Shown piece after piece: positions 18,678 through 26,880 of a stretch of 32,000 nt of DNA. The notes beneath the pieces were generated by a model, which searched no databases, had not been told where the DNA came from, and was given only the letters and a program-made list of their open reading frames with translations. The translations under genes were made by a program, and so were the position numbers. Position 1 is the stretch's first letter; every line of letters begins with the position of its first letter. The DNA comes from Alkanindiges sp. WGS2144 (lineage in GTDB: Bacteria > Pseudomonadota > Gammaproteobacteria > Pseudomonadales > Moraxellaceae): the NCBI RefSeq assembly GCF_043950625.1, contig NZ_CP171007.1. One strand, written 5' to 3'.

Positions 18678-18698
18678 CCGGTAGATGTTTTAGGCAGG

Positions 18699-19304
18699 CT
18701 AGTAATCACCCATGTTCCTGAACTGATCTATTTCGTCTTCTTCAGCCAGCCTCTGGTTAATGCATTCAGCGAGCTTGGCTCGGTCATGGGGATGCAGGCT
18801 GATAAAATAGGCTCCGGTTCTAAAGCCTTCCAGGTCTTCATCTTCGCTATACACTACCCGGGCAGTAGCAGCCAGATGAAAGGCATTTTCGGGGTGACTT
18901 AAGGTTAAGTGCACGTGCGAACCTGGTGGAATGCGTTCGCGGGCATAAAACGACAGGCCACTTTCGGAAATATTAACCCGGGTAGGACTTGGCAACATGG
19001 TTTCGACCATAGCGTCATACAAGGCACCAGTGATAAGATCAAGCTTTTGATTCATGAGCTTGATTACCCGCGCGACCATCGGGTTTTCCTCGGCAAGACC
19101 CTGTGCTACCTGCTGGTGAACGCTATCGAGCTCATCAAGTTCTGCCAGCAGCAAAAAATAGCGCGGCAGTACAAAACTGGGGTCGTAGGGATCTTTGAGC
19201 GCATCAGTGCGGGTAATAATTTGATAGTTGGTACGCAAGGCAGCATTGATGCGTGACATAAGGCGGCGTTCACCGGTGTCTGCTTCCTGCTGTAGATTTT
19301 CCAT
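18699..19304 (-). CDS. PilZ-domain protein with widely separated RRxxxR and NxSxxG motifs
   Basis: 201 aa counted from ATG 19304, which has GAGGAAAG just upstream; the ORF track extends 28 codons further, which would overlap lolC. RRLMSR is at residues 13-18 and NISESG at 111-116, followed by a beta-rich C-terminal region. It sits next to lolC, as PA2989 does in P. aeruginosa (from memory). Confidence 0.75.
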   Translation of the reverse strand: MENLQQEADTGERRLMSRINAALRTNYQIITRTDALKDPYDPSFVLPRYFLLLAELDELDSVHQQVAQGLAEENPMVARVIKLMNQKLDLITGALYDAMVETMLPSPTRVNISESGLSFYARERIPPGSHVHLTLSHPENAFHLAATARVVYSEDEDLEGFRTGAYFISLHPHDRAKLAECINQRLAEEDEIDQFRNMGDY

Positions 19305-19325
19305 TTTCTTTCCTCGGATGACTGT

Positions 19326-20561
19326 ATGTTTAAGCCGATCTCGCTGTTTGTTGGGTTGCGATATACTCGCGCACGGCGGAGCAATCACTTCATTTCTTTT
19401 ATTGCCTTAGTTTCCATCATAGGCCTGACACTTGGGGTTGCAGTTTTAATTACCGTGTTGTCGGTCATGAATGGTTTTGACCGCGAACTCAAAAACCGCA
19501 TTCTCGGTATGATACCTCAAGCGACTGTCTCGTCTACAGAAATTTTAACCCATTGGCAACCTTTGGTCGAGTTGGCGAATAAACAGCCTCATGTGGCGGG
19601 TGCTGCGCCTTTTACCCAGCTACAGGGTATGCTCACTGCACAAGGGCAGGTGGCGGGTATTCTAGTGAGTGGTATTGAGCCACAGCTTGAAAAACAGGTT
19701 TCCATTGTACAAAACTATATGACTGCTGGATCGCTGGATCAGTTAAAAGACGGTGAGTTTGGCATTGTGATTGGGCAGGGTATGGCCGATGGACTGGGGC
19801 TTGCCGTGAATGACAAGGTTACGCTGGTGTTGCCGGAGGCTTCACCGTCTCCTGCGGGTGTAGTACCACGCTTTAAGCGCTTTACCGTGGTAGGTATTTT
19901 TAGCATTGGTGCCGACGTGGATTCCATGATTGGTTATATTGCCTTAAATGACGCTGCCCGCCTGTTACGCTTGCCTGATGGTGCACAGGGCGTGCGTATG
20001 AAACTGGACGATATTTTTGCAGCGCCTGAGGTATCCGGTAAGTTGCTTAATCAATTGCCATCCAATTATTACGCCAGTAACTGGACACAAACGCATGGCA
20101 ACCTGTTTAGCGCTATTCAGATGGAAAAAGCCATGGTGAGCCTGTTGCTGTTTTTAATTGTACTGGTCGCAGCATTTAATATTGTGTCGTCACTGGTGAT
20201 GGTGGTGACTGACAAAAAATCCGATATCGCGATCTTAAGAACACTGGGTGCCTCACCAGCCACTATTACCCGGGTTTTTATGGTGCAGGGTATTATTATT
20301 GGTGCGTTTGGCACGCTGGCCGGTGCGGCATTGGGGATAGCTTTTTCCTTGAGCATCAGCGACGTACTGGGCTGGATTAACAATGCCTTTGGCCTGCATT
20401 TATTTGATGCCTACTTTATTAATTATTTACCTTCCTATTTGCGCTGGCAGGATGTGATGGTGGTCGTTGCTGTGTCGTTGCTGCTAAGCTTTTTGGCGAC
20501 CATTTATCCTGCCCGCCGTGCGGCTCAGGTACAACCTGCCGAGGCGCTGCGTTATGAGTAA
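19326..20561 (+). CDS. lolC: Lipoprotein-releasing ABC transporter permease, LolC/LolE family; the only permease gene at this locus (LolF-type arrangement)
   Basis: 411 aa with N-terminus MFKPISLFVGLRYTRARRSNHFISFIALVSIIGLTLGVAVLITVLSVMNGF, a large periplasmic loop and a C-terminal FtsX-type TM bundle. lolD follows directly. Confidence 0.9.
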   Translation: MFKPISLFVGLRYTRARRSNHFISFIALVSIIGLTLGVAVLITVLSVMNGFDRELKNRILGMIPQATVSSTEILTHWQPLVELANKQPHVAGAAPFTQLQGMLTAQGQVAGILVSGIEPQLEKQVSIVQNYMTAGSLDQLKDGEFGIVIGQGMADGLGLAVNDKVTLVLPEASPSPAGVVPRFKRFTVVGIFSIGADVDSMIGYIALNDAARLLRLPDGAQGVRMKLDDIFAAPEVSGKLLNQLPSNYYASNWTQTHGNLFSAIQMEKAMVSLLLFLIVLVAAFNIVSSLVMVVTDKKSDIAILRTLGASPATITRVFMVQGIIIGAFGTLAGAALGIAFSLSISDVLGWINNAFGLHLFDAYFINYLPSYLRWQDVMVVVAVSLLLSFLATIYPARRAAQVQPAEALRYE

Positions 20562-21294
20562 TATAATAAGGAACGAAAGCACTGCAATGAGCCAGCCTGC
20601 AAGAAATCACAACAATATGGTGCTGACTGCCCAGCGCCTGAGTAAAACCTTTGATGATGGGCGTAATCAGGTTGAAGTGCTCAAGGGCCTGGATTTTTCC
20701 ATTTATGAAGGTGAGTTTGTATCCATTATTGGGGCGAGTGGCTCAGGCAAAAGCACCTTGCTGCATATACTGGGTGGGCTGGATTTGCCGACCTCCGGCG
20801 AGGTGATATTAAAAGGCCATGCCTTAAATCGCCTGAACGAAACCCAGCGCGGTAACCTGCGCAATCAGTATCTGGGCTTTGTGTATCAGTTTCATCATTT
20901 GCTGCCAGAGTTTGATGCCATTGAAAATGTGTGCATGCCCTTGCTGTTGCGTGAAAACAGCACGGTAGAGCAGGCTCAGGAACGTGCGACTGACTTGCTG
21001 GATAAAGTGGGTTTAAAGCATCGTTTGACACATAAGCCCGGTGAGTTATCAGGTGGGGAGCGTCAGCGTGTGGCACTGGCGCGTGCTTTGGTGACCAATC
21101 CGGCAGTGGTGCTGGCCGATGAGCCAACCGGAAACCTGGATCGGCGTACCGCACTGGATATTCTGGATTTATTAAAAGACCTGCGCCAGGATTTAAACAT
21201 GGCCATGCTGATTGTGACGCATGATGAGCAACTGGCGCATTCAGCCGACCGTATTTTGCATATGCAGGATGGTTTGTGGGTTAAGCAACAATAA
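20554..21294 (+). CDS. lolD: Lipoprotein-releasing ABC transporter ATP-binding protein
   Basis: Walker A GASGSGKST, signature LSGGERQRVALARAL, Walker B VVLADEPTGNLD and H-loop IVTHD. The start is uncertain: ATG 20554 overlaps the lolC stop by 8 nt (GAGG 9 nt upstream). ATG 20587 and ATG 20617 are alternatives. Confidence 0.9.
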   Translation: MSNIIRNESTAMSQPARNHNNMVLTAQRLSKTFDDGRNQVEVLKGLDFSIYEGEFVSIIGASGSGKSTLLHILGGLDLPTSGEVILKGHALNRLNETQRGNLRNQYLGFVYQFHHLLPEFDAIENVCMPLLLRENSTVEQAQERATDLLDKVGLKHRLTHKPGELSGGERQRVALARALVTNPAVVLADEPTGNLDRRTALDILDLLKDLRQDLNMAMLIVTHDEQLAHSADRILHMQDGLWVKQQ

Positions 21295-21305
21295 TTAAAC
21301 CGCCA

Positions 21306-21339
21306 CTGTTTGCTGGCTCGTGATTTAGCCAGCAAACAG
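21306..21339 (+). other. Perfect 13-bp hairpin between lolD and comEC (no U-tract)
   Basis: CTGTTTGCTGGCT (21306-21318) pairs with AGCCAGCAAACAG (21327-21339) across an 8-nt loop. It is followed by CATGTCGTG, not a T-run. Confidence 0.5.
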
Positions 21340-21373
21340 CATGTCGTGATAACAATAATAAAGAGTGATTGAT

Positions 21374-23812
21374 ATGCGTATGGTCTTGCTGGGCTTCATG
21401 GTTGGGGTGGCAACGCTGGCCTATGGCAAGTTTTTTTCTGTACTAAGCTGGCCAGTTTCTATCTGGTGGACTGCTATGGCAGCGATGCTGGTTATTCTAA
21501 CGCTACGTGCGCTTAAACCTGTTCAGTCTTGTGTGCAGCAGCGCCCTGTTTATGATTTTTTTCTGCACATGACTGTTTTTGCGTGTGCCTTATTATTTGG
21601 TATGGGTTATAGCCACTATCAGTTACAGCAGGCGTTGCAAGCCCGACTAACCCAGCCGGTGGAACGTACGGCACTGGTTAAAGTGACGACGATTAGTGAT
21701 GGAGTCGGGGAAAACTGGCGTCAGGTGGTAGAAGAAATCAGGCCAGATGCTATGCCGCCACAACGCTGGGTACTTTATTCCGCCTTTGATTGGCAGGCTC
21801 AGCAAAAAGTCCTGCCGCCTGATATGCAGCCTGGGCAAGTGTGGCAAGTAAAAATCAGGTTAAAACCGGTGCATGGCAACGCATCCTGGGGGGCATTTGA
21901 TGTCGAAAAATGGCTGTTACAGCAACACATTCAGGCCACGGGTACTGTATTAAGTGCGCAACGCTTAAACCCGCAGCAAATACGACAATTTTCTATTGCA
22001 GCGCCTTCCATGCTGGAAAATATACTTTATGGTATACAGCAGGAGCGCTTGCGGATTCGTCAGCACATCATGCAGTTTGATTCTCCAGCCAAAGGCGTGC
22101 TGCTGGGTTTGCTAACGGGTGATCGTAGTTTGATAGATGCTAAGACCACCTTGCTTTATCAGCAAATGGGCATTAGTCACTTGCTGGCGATATCCGGACC
22201 GCATGTGCTATTGGCTGCGTTCATGATGAGCTGGCTGCTGCAAAAATTATTAAACGGCTTTCCACAGCTTTATTTAAAAGCCGAGCGACGCCGCTGGATT
22301 CTTCCGTTTTTTCTGTTTATGGTTCTGCTCTATGCAGGGCTGGCCGGCTTTGACATTCCAGCACAGCGTACAGTGGTGATGGTTGCACTGCTGGTAGTTT
22401 TATTATGGTTCAGGCAGCGCTGGCAGTCCTCTAGTATTTTATTGCTGGCGGGCTGTATCCTGTTATTGCTTGATCCATTAGCAATTTTATCTGTGGCATT
22501 CTGGTTGTCTTTTGGCGCAGTCGCAATATTGCTGAGTATGCACCGATCAGCTATTGCACTGGAAGAGGCTGCTACGCCAGTTAGTAAAATAAAACAATAT
22601 AAACAAGCCAGCTGGCAGTTTGTGCTGTTGCAGTGGCGCTTGTTTGTTTTGTTGGCGCCTCTGGTCTTGCTGAGTTTTGCCAAAATTTCCTGGCTAGCTC
22701 CTGTGGTTAACCTATTGGCTATTCCCTTGTTGAGTCTGGTGGTATTGCCACTAAATTTGCTGGCGTATGCGGTAGGCTGGTTTTCTCCCTCGCTTGCTGA
22801 TGTAATCTGGCAGCTTGCATTAATGTTGCTGACATTTTTTCATGCGCTGTTAAATACCTTGGCACAGCTGTTTCCATATGCCTTGCAGCCCTTTTCTTTA
22901 ACTGCTTTTCAGCTGCTGGCCCTATTTTTAGTCCTGTTGTTTCTACTGTTGCCCAAAGGGATTTTTTCCAAATGGTGGATTGCTTTTTTACTGATTCCGG
23001 TCTTTTATCCTTTACGTGCTGTTGCCCCGTTAAGCGTGCATGTGCTGGATGTGGGGCAGGGTTTAAGTGTTTTGATCCAGACGAAAAACCACAACATGCT
23101 ACTGGATGCAGGTGGTAAATTGATGAATTCGGATATGGGCGAAAAAGTAGTTATTCCTGCCTTACAGGCTCAGGGTGTAAAGCGGCTGGATAAATTGATG
23201 CTGAGCCATCTGGATCTGGATCATAGTGGTGGTGCGCCAGCCATATTGCAGCAATTTCCAGTCATCCAGTTAACCAGTAGTGAAGTGTATGAGAATTACC
23301 CGACTTACCTGTGCGAGGCTGGGCAAAGCTGGCAATGGGATGGCGTTTTGTTTAAAGTTTTATCGCCTTTGGTTCAGCATCGGGCATTTAATGATAAAAA
23401 TGAAAGTTCCTGTGTGCTGATGGTGGAAACGCCTGCACAGAAAAATACTCCAGCGCAGCGCTTACTGGTGATGGGAGATGCAGGTCTTTATACTGAATTT
23501 TTATTGCAACAACAGCAGGCCGATTTAAAAGCAGATATCTTAATTCTGGGGCATCATGGCAGCAAATACAGTAGCTCCAGTGCATTTTTAAAAGTGGTTA
23601 ACCCACAGCGTGCGGTGGTTTCGGCAGGTTATTTAAACCGCTATGGACATCCGGCGCCCATCGTGCTGGCCAGATTGAATGAGCTGGGGATCACGGTTGA
23701 TTCCACCATTGATAGCGGTACCTTGAGTTACCAGTTGGGTAATGATGTTGATCTGGAACCTGTGCGTTTTCGGGATCAAAAAACATGGTTAAGGCCGCCT
23801 AGTGAGCAGTAG
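21374..23812 (+). CDS. comEC: DNA internalisation-related competence protein ComEC/Rec2 (ComA of Acinetobacter)
   Basis: About 812 aa. It has an N-terminal TM/OB region, a polytopic competence domain (GISHLLAISGPHV) and a C-terminal metallo-beta-lactamase fold (VLDVGQGLSVL, SHLDLDHSGG, GHHGS). AAGAG lies 8 nt upstream of ATG 21374; GTG 21365 is the ORF-track start. Confidence 0.9.
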   Translation: MRMVLLGFMVGVATLAYGKFFSVLSWPVSIWWTAMAAMLVILTLRALKPVQSCVQQRPVYDFFLHMTVFACALLFGMGYSHYQLQQALQARLTQPVERTALVKVTTISDGVGENWRQVVEEIRPDAMPPQRWVLYSAFDWQAQQKVLPPDMQPGQVWQVKIRLKPVHGNASWGAFDVEKWLLQQHIQATGTVLSAQRLNPQQIRQFSIAAPSMLENILYGIQQERLRIRQHIMQFDSPAKGVLLGLLTGDRSLIDAKTTLLYQQMGISHLLAISGPHVLLAAFMMSWLLQKLLNGFPQLYLKAERRRWILPFFLFMVLLYAGLAGFDIPAQRTVVMVALLVVLLWFRQRWQSSSILLLAGCILLLLDPLAILSVAFWLSFGAVAILLSMHRSAIALEEAATPVSKIKQYKQASWQFVLLQWRLFVLLAPLVLLSFAKISWLAPVVNLLAIPLLSLVVLPLNLLAYAVGWFSPSLADVIWQLALMLLTFFHALLNTLAQLFPYALQPFSLTAFQLLALFLVLLFLLLPKGIFSKWWIAFLLIPVFYPLRAVAPLSVHVLDVGQGLSVLIQTKNHNMLLDAGGKLMNSDMGEKVVIPALQAQGVKRLDKLMLSHLDLDHSGGAPAILQQFPVIQLTSSEVYENYPTYLCEAGQSWQWDGVLFKVLSPLVQHRAFNDKNESSCVLMVETPAQKNTPAQRLLVMGDAGLYTEFLLQQQQADLKADILILGHHGSKYSSSSAFLKVVNPQRAVVSAGYLNRYGHPAPIVLARLNELGITVDSTIDSGTLSYQLGNDVDLEPVRFRDQKTWLRPPSEQ

Positions 23813-24764
23813 TAAAAAACTCCTGCTGTGAGGTTTTGATCTTGTCAGCAACCTGAGCGTCATCCTGATAATAAATATCTTCTAGCGCAGGATTGGCCTT
23901 AAAACGCTTGTATGTCCAGTGATAGTGAGCGGGATGCGCTTGAATTAACTGCTCAATGCTGGCATTGAGGCAATCAACCGATTGCTGCAAACTGGCTGAA
24001 CGAATGGTGTCATCCATGGGTTCAATATGAATGCTAAAACCGGGCTGATCAGGCTGACGCAGGCAATACATTTGTAGCACGGCACACTGGGTTTTTTGCG
24101 CAAGCTTTGATACCAAAGTACTGGTCAGTAACGGACAGCCAAAAAACGGGGAATAAATACCGCCTGAAGGTTCCGGGGTATGATCTGGCAGAATAGCGGT
24201 TACTCCGCCTTGTTTCAGAGCTTTAAAAATTTGCCGTACACCGCTTTCATCGGCAGGTACCAAAGTAGCACGCAGGCGATTACGGGCCGCTAGTACAAAT
24301 TGATCCAGCTGGGCATTTTTGGAAGGTTTGTACATGATCACTGTAGCAGTAAACTGGCTGAGCCAGGCGTTCATCAGCTCCCAGCTGCCAAAGTGCGGCA
24401 CAACCAGAATTAAGCCCTTTTTTTGTTCAATGGCTTGTATCAGCAAATGTTGTCCAGTTACCTGCTTAATTTGTCGAATACTCCATTGCGGTGAACTGCC
24501 CCAGCATTTAATAAATTCCAGCATGGATTGCAGTTGCGCCGTCAGGGCTTGTTTGGCCAAAAGCTGGCGCTGTACAGGGCGTAAGTGTGGAAAAGCAATC
24601 AGTAAATTTCGTTCAATAGTGGTGATGGCTTTGGTAGACTTGTTCAATCCCAGCAAGCGGGCGCTCCCACGCGCCAGCCATTGCAGCAGCGGCAGAGGTA
24701 GTTTGCCAAGCCAGGTGAGTATATAAGCCAGGGGTTGAGGAAAAGCGGGTTTAACCTGAGTCAT
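23799..24764 (-). CDS. lpxL: Lipid A biosynthesis late acyltransferase (LpxL/LpxM/HtrB family)
   Basis: 321 aa with the LPLAT catalytic HX4E motif in VVPHFGSWELMN and the conserved AILPDH block. I cannot decide between L and M from the sequence alone. Its 3' end overlaps comEC by 14 nt. Confidence 0.8.
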   Translation of the reverse strand: MTQVKPAFPQPLAYILTWLGKLPLPLLQWLARGSARLLGLNKSTKAITTIERNLLIAFPHLRPVQRQLLAKQALTAQLQSMLEFIKCWGSSPQWSIRQIKQVTGQHLLIQAIEQKKGLILVVPHFGSWELMNAWLSQFTATVIMYKPSKNAQLDQFVLAARNRLRATLVPADESGVRQIFKALKQGGVTAILPDHTPEPSGGIYSPFFGCPLLTSTLVSKLAQKTQCAVLQMYCLRQPDQPGFSIHIEPMDDTIRSASLQQSVDCLNASIEQLIQAHPAHYHWTYKRFKANPALEDIYYQDDAQVADKIKTSQQEFFTTAH

Positions 24765-24976
24765 GACGCCTTAAAAAAGTTGGATTAAATTAAAAAGAAC
24801 AGTGTAAAGGATTTGCAAGTTGTTTTAACGCTTTTGTGATTGAAACAAAGCAATTTGCGCTCTAGCATTAATGCGCTATGATTTGTGAGCATCTGATATG
24901 CTTATTTTTATAAGCCAAAATCGTCCAGATTAGCGGTTTGCAATTCACGATCAAATTCTTATTTAAGGTTCATTTC

Positions 24977-26011
24977 ATGTCCGACTGGCCGCCAAATCCC
25001 AATTCGCAAAATACCCCACCTTCAAATAATCCTTCTTCCATGCCGCCACCGGGTGAAGCCTGGCAAATCCTTGAAAAAGCAGTGCTGGCTTCAGTAGAAG
25101 AGCAGCGTCGTGCCCGGCGCTGGAACATTTTTTTTAAATTGCTTGGTTTTGGCTATTTATTGTTGATATTCCTGATCCTGGGACGTGGTTGCAGTACCGG
25201 TGAAGGAGGAAAAGTCGTCGTTGGGAGTAGCTCACCGCATCTAGCTGTGGTTGAAATTGATGGTACGATTGGCGCAGGCACCAATAATGTCAACAGTGAA
25301 GACGTATCAGAAGCACTGGAAAAAGCCTTTAGCGCCAGTGGCAGTAAGGCCGTTGCCCTAAAAATCAATTCTCCTGGCGGATCGCCGGTACAGTCTGACG
25401 AGATATGGCAGGAAATCAAGCGACTGCGTACCAAGCATCAGGATAAAAAAGTGTATGCAGTAATCGGAGATATGGGGGCGTCAGGGGCGTATTACATTGC
25501 CTCGGCGGCTGATGAAATTTATGTCAATCCATCTAGTCTGGTTGGTTCCATCGGGGTAATTATGCCCAATTATGGTGTGTCTGAGCTAGCTCGTAAGATT
25601 GGGGTAGAAGACCGTACCATGACCGCAGGCAGCCACAAGGCTATTTTAAGCCCAACCCAGCCGGTTGATCCGGCAGAACGGGCACATATTCAAAATGTGC
25701 TGAACAATGTGCACAGTCATTTTATTGCTGCGGTGAAAGCGGGACGTGGTCAGCGCTTAAAAGAAAACCCGGATATGTTCAGTGGCCTATTCTGGACAGG
25801 TGAGCAGGCGATTGGTTTGGGGCTTGCTGATAAAACCGGTAGCGTGACCACACTGGCACGTGAACTCAAGCTCAATAAAGCCGTTGACTATACGGTACAG
25901 CGTAATCCGCTGGAAAGCATTCTGGGTCGCATGGGAAGCTCAATTGGACAAGGGATTGGTAATTCTATTCAGCAAGGCTTAACCAGCCAGAAAAATGCGG
26001 AGCTGCAATGA
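24977..26011 (+). CDS. sppA: Signal peptide peptidase SppA, 36K type (S49 peptidase)
   Basis: Pro-rich N-terminus, one TM segment, then an S49 core with GDMGASGAYYIASAADEIYVNPSSLVGSIGV. ATG 24977 has AAGG about 10 nt upstream; the ORF track begins at an upstream TTG at 24938. Confidence 0.85.
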   Translation: MSDWPPNPNSQNTPPSNNPSSMPPPGEAWQILEKAVLASVEEQRRARRWNIFFKLLGFGYLLLIFLILGRGCSTGEGGKVVVGSSSPHLAVVEIDGTIGAGTNNVNSEDVSEALEKAFSASGSKAVALKINSPGGSPVQSDEIWQEIKRLRTKHQDKKVYAVIGDMGASGAYYIASAADEIYVNPSSLVGSIGVIMPNYGVSELARKIGVEDRTMTAGSHKAILSPTQPVDPAERAHIQNVLNNVHSHFIAAVKAGRGQRLKENPDMFSGLFWTGEQAIGLGLADKTGSVTTLARELKLNKAVDYTVQRNPLESILGRMGSSIGQGIGNSIQQGLTSQKNAELQ

Positions 26012-26805
26012 AACCGTTAATCCACTTTGCGCATGCCAATGGTGTTCCGTCCAGGGTATACCAGAAGCTGTTTGATGCTTTAAGTGATGAGTATGATGTG
26101 GTGTATTTGCCACAAATTGGCACTGATCCCAAGTATCCGGTCACCAATCACTGGTCGCATCTGGTCACTCAGGTGATTGACAGTATTGAGCGCCAGGCGC
26201 AGGGCAGGCCGGTGATCGCTTTAGGTCATTCACTGGGCGGTTTGCTCAGTTTTATGGCAGCTTACCGTCGTCCGGAATTGATGCAGCAACTGATTATGCT
26301 GGATCCGCCTTTAATTAATGGTTTTCCTTCTTTGGGCATTCATCTGGCCAAACTGTTTAATCCAAAATATGTTGATAAAGTCACCCCGGCCGGTATCTCA
26401 CTGTATCGGCGTGACCACTGGGAAAGCAGGGAGCAAGCAGCAGAGAAACTAAGAACCCGTGGTTTTTTTGCTCATTTTGACCCGCAGTGTTTTGATGACT
26501 ATATTCGTTATGGGTTGATAGATGATCCTATTCGCGGTGGCGTGACCTTAACCATTCCCAAAATGGCGGAAGTAGAAATTTTCCGTAATAATCCCTCCTT
26601 ATTTTGGTTAAAGCCGCGTCAGGCGCCCAAGGTGCCGGTCAAGTTAGTGGTAGGGCAGGATAGCCAGTTTTTAAGCCGTGGTTTTCCACAACGGGTCAAG
26701 CGCCTTTTGGGTATTGATTATATTGTCACTGAAGGCGGCCACATGTTTCCGCTGGAACATCCTGAATCGGTTGCGCGTCTGATCAAGCAGTTGATTGTGG
26801 AGTAG
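26008..26805 (+). CDS. Alpha/beta-fold hydrolase
   Basis: 265 aa with the nucleophile elbow GHSLGG and a catalytic-type His near the C-terminus (EGGHMFPLEHP). ATGA overlap with the sppA stop implies co-translation. Confidence 0.8.
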   Translation: MKPLIHFAHANGVPSRVYQKLFDALSDEYDVVYLPQIGTDPKYPVTNHWSHLVTQVIDSIERQAQGRPVIALGHSLGGLLSFMAAYRRPELMQQLIMLDPPLINGFPSLGIHLAKLFNPKYVDKVTPAGISLYRRDHWESREQAAEKLRTRGFFAHFDPQCFDDYIRYGLIDDPIRGGVTLTIPKMAEVEIFRNNPSLFWLKPRQAPKVPVKLVVGQDSQFLSRGFPQRVKRLLGIDYIVTEGGHMFPLEHPESVARLIKQLIVE

Positions 26806-26833
26806 CAGTAATCATCATTTTACTGTTTGAATC

Positions 26834-26865
26834 AAAAAGGTAGGCTGTTGCTAGCCTACCTTTTT
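26834..26865. terminator. Bidirectional rho-independent terminator between the hydrolase gene and the carboxylase cluster
   Basis: AAAAA-GGTAGGCT-gttgct-AGCCTACC-TTTTT: a symmetric A-tract/T-tract hairpin between convergent genes. Confidence 0.85.
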
Positions 26866-26880
26866 AAATACCTGAATTGA

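Noticed and set aside
18531-18902. 123-aa + strand ORF spanning the DMT/PilZ spacer and the 3' end of the PilZ gene.
   Set aside because: It starts at TTG without an SD, runs antisense through the PilZ terminator and coding region, and has odd composition with no motifs. It is most likely spurious.
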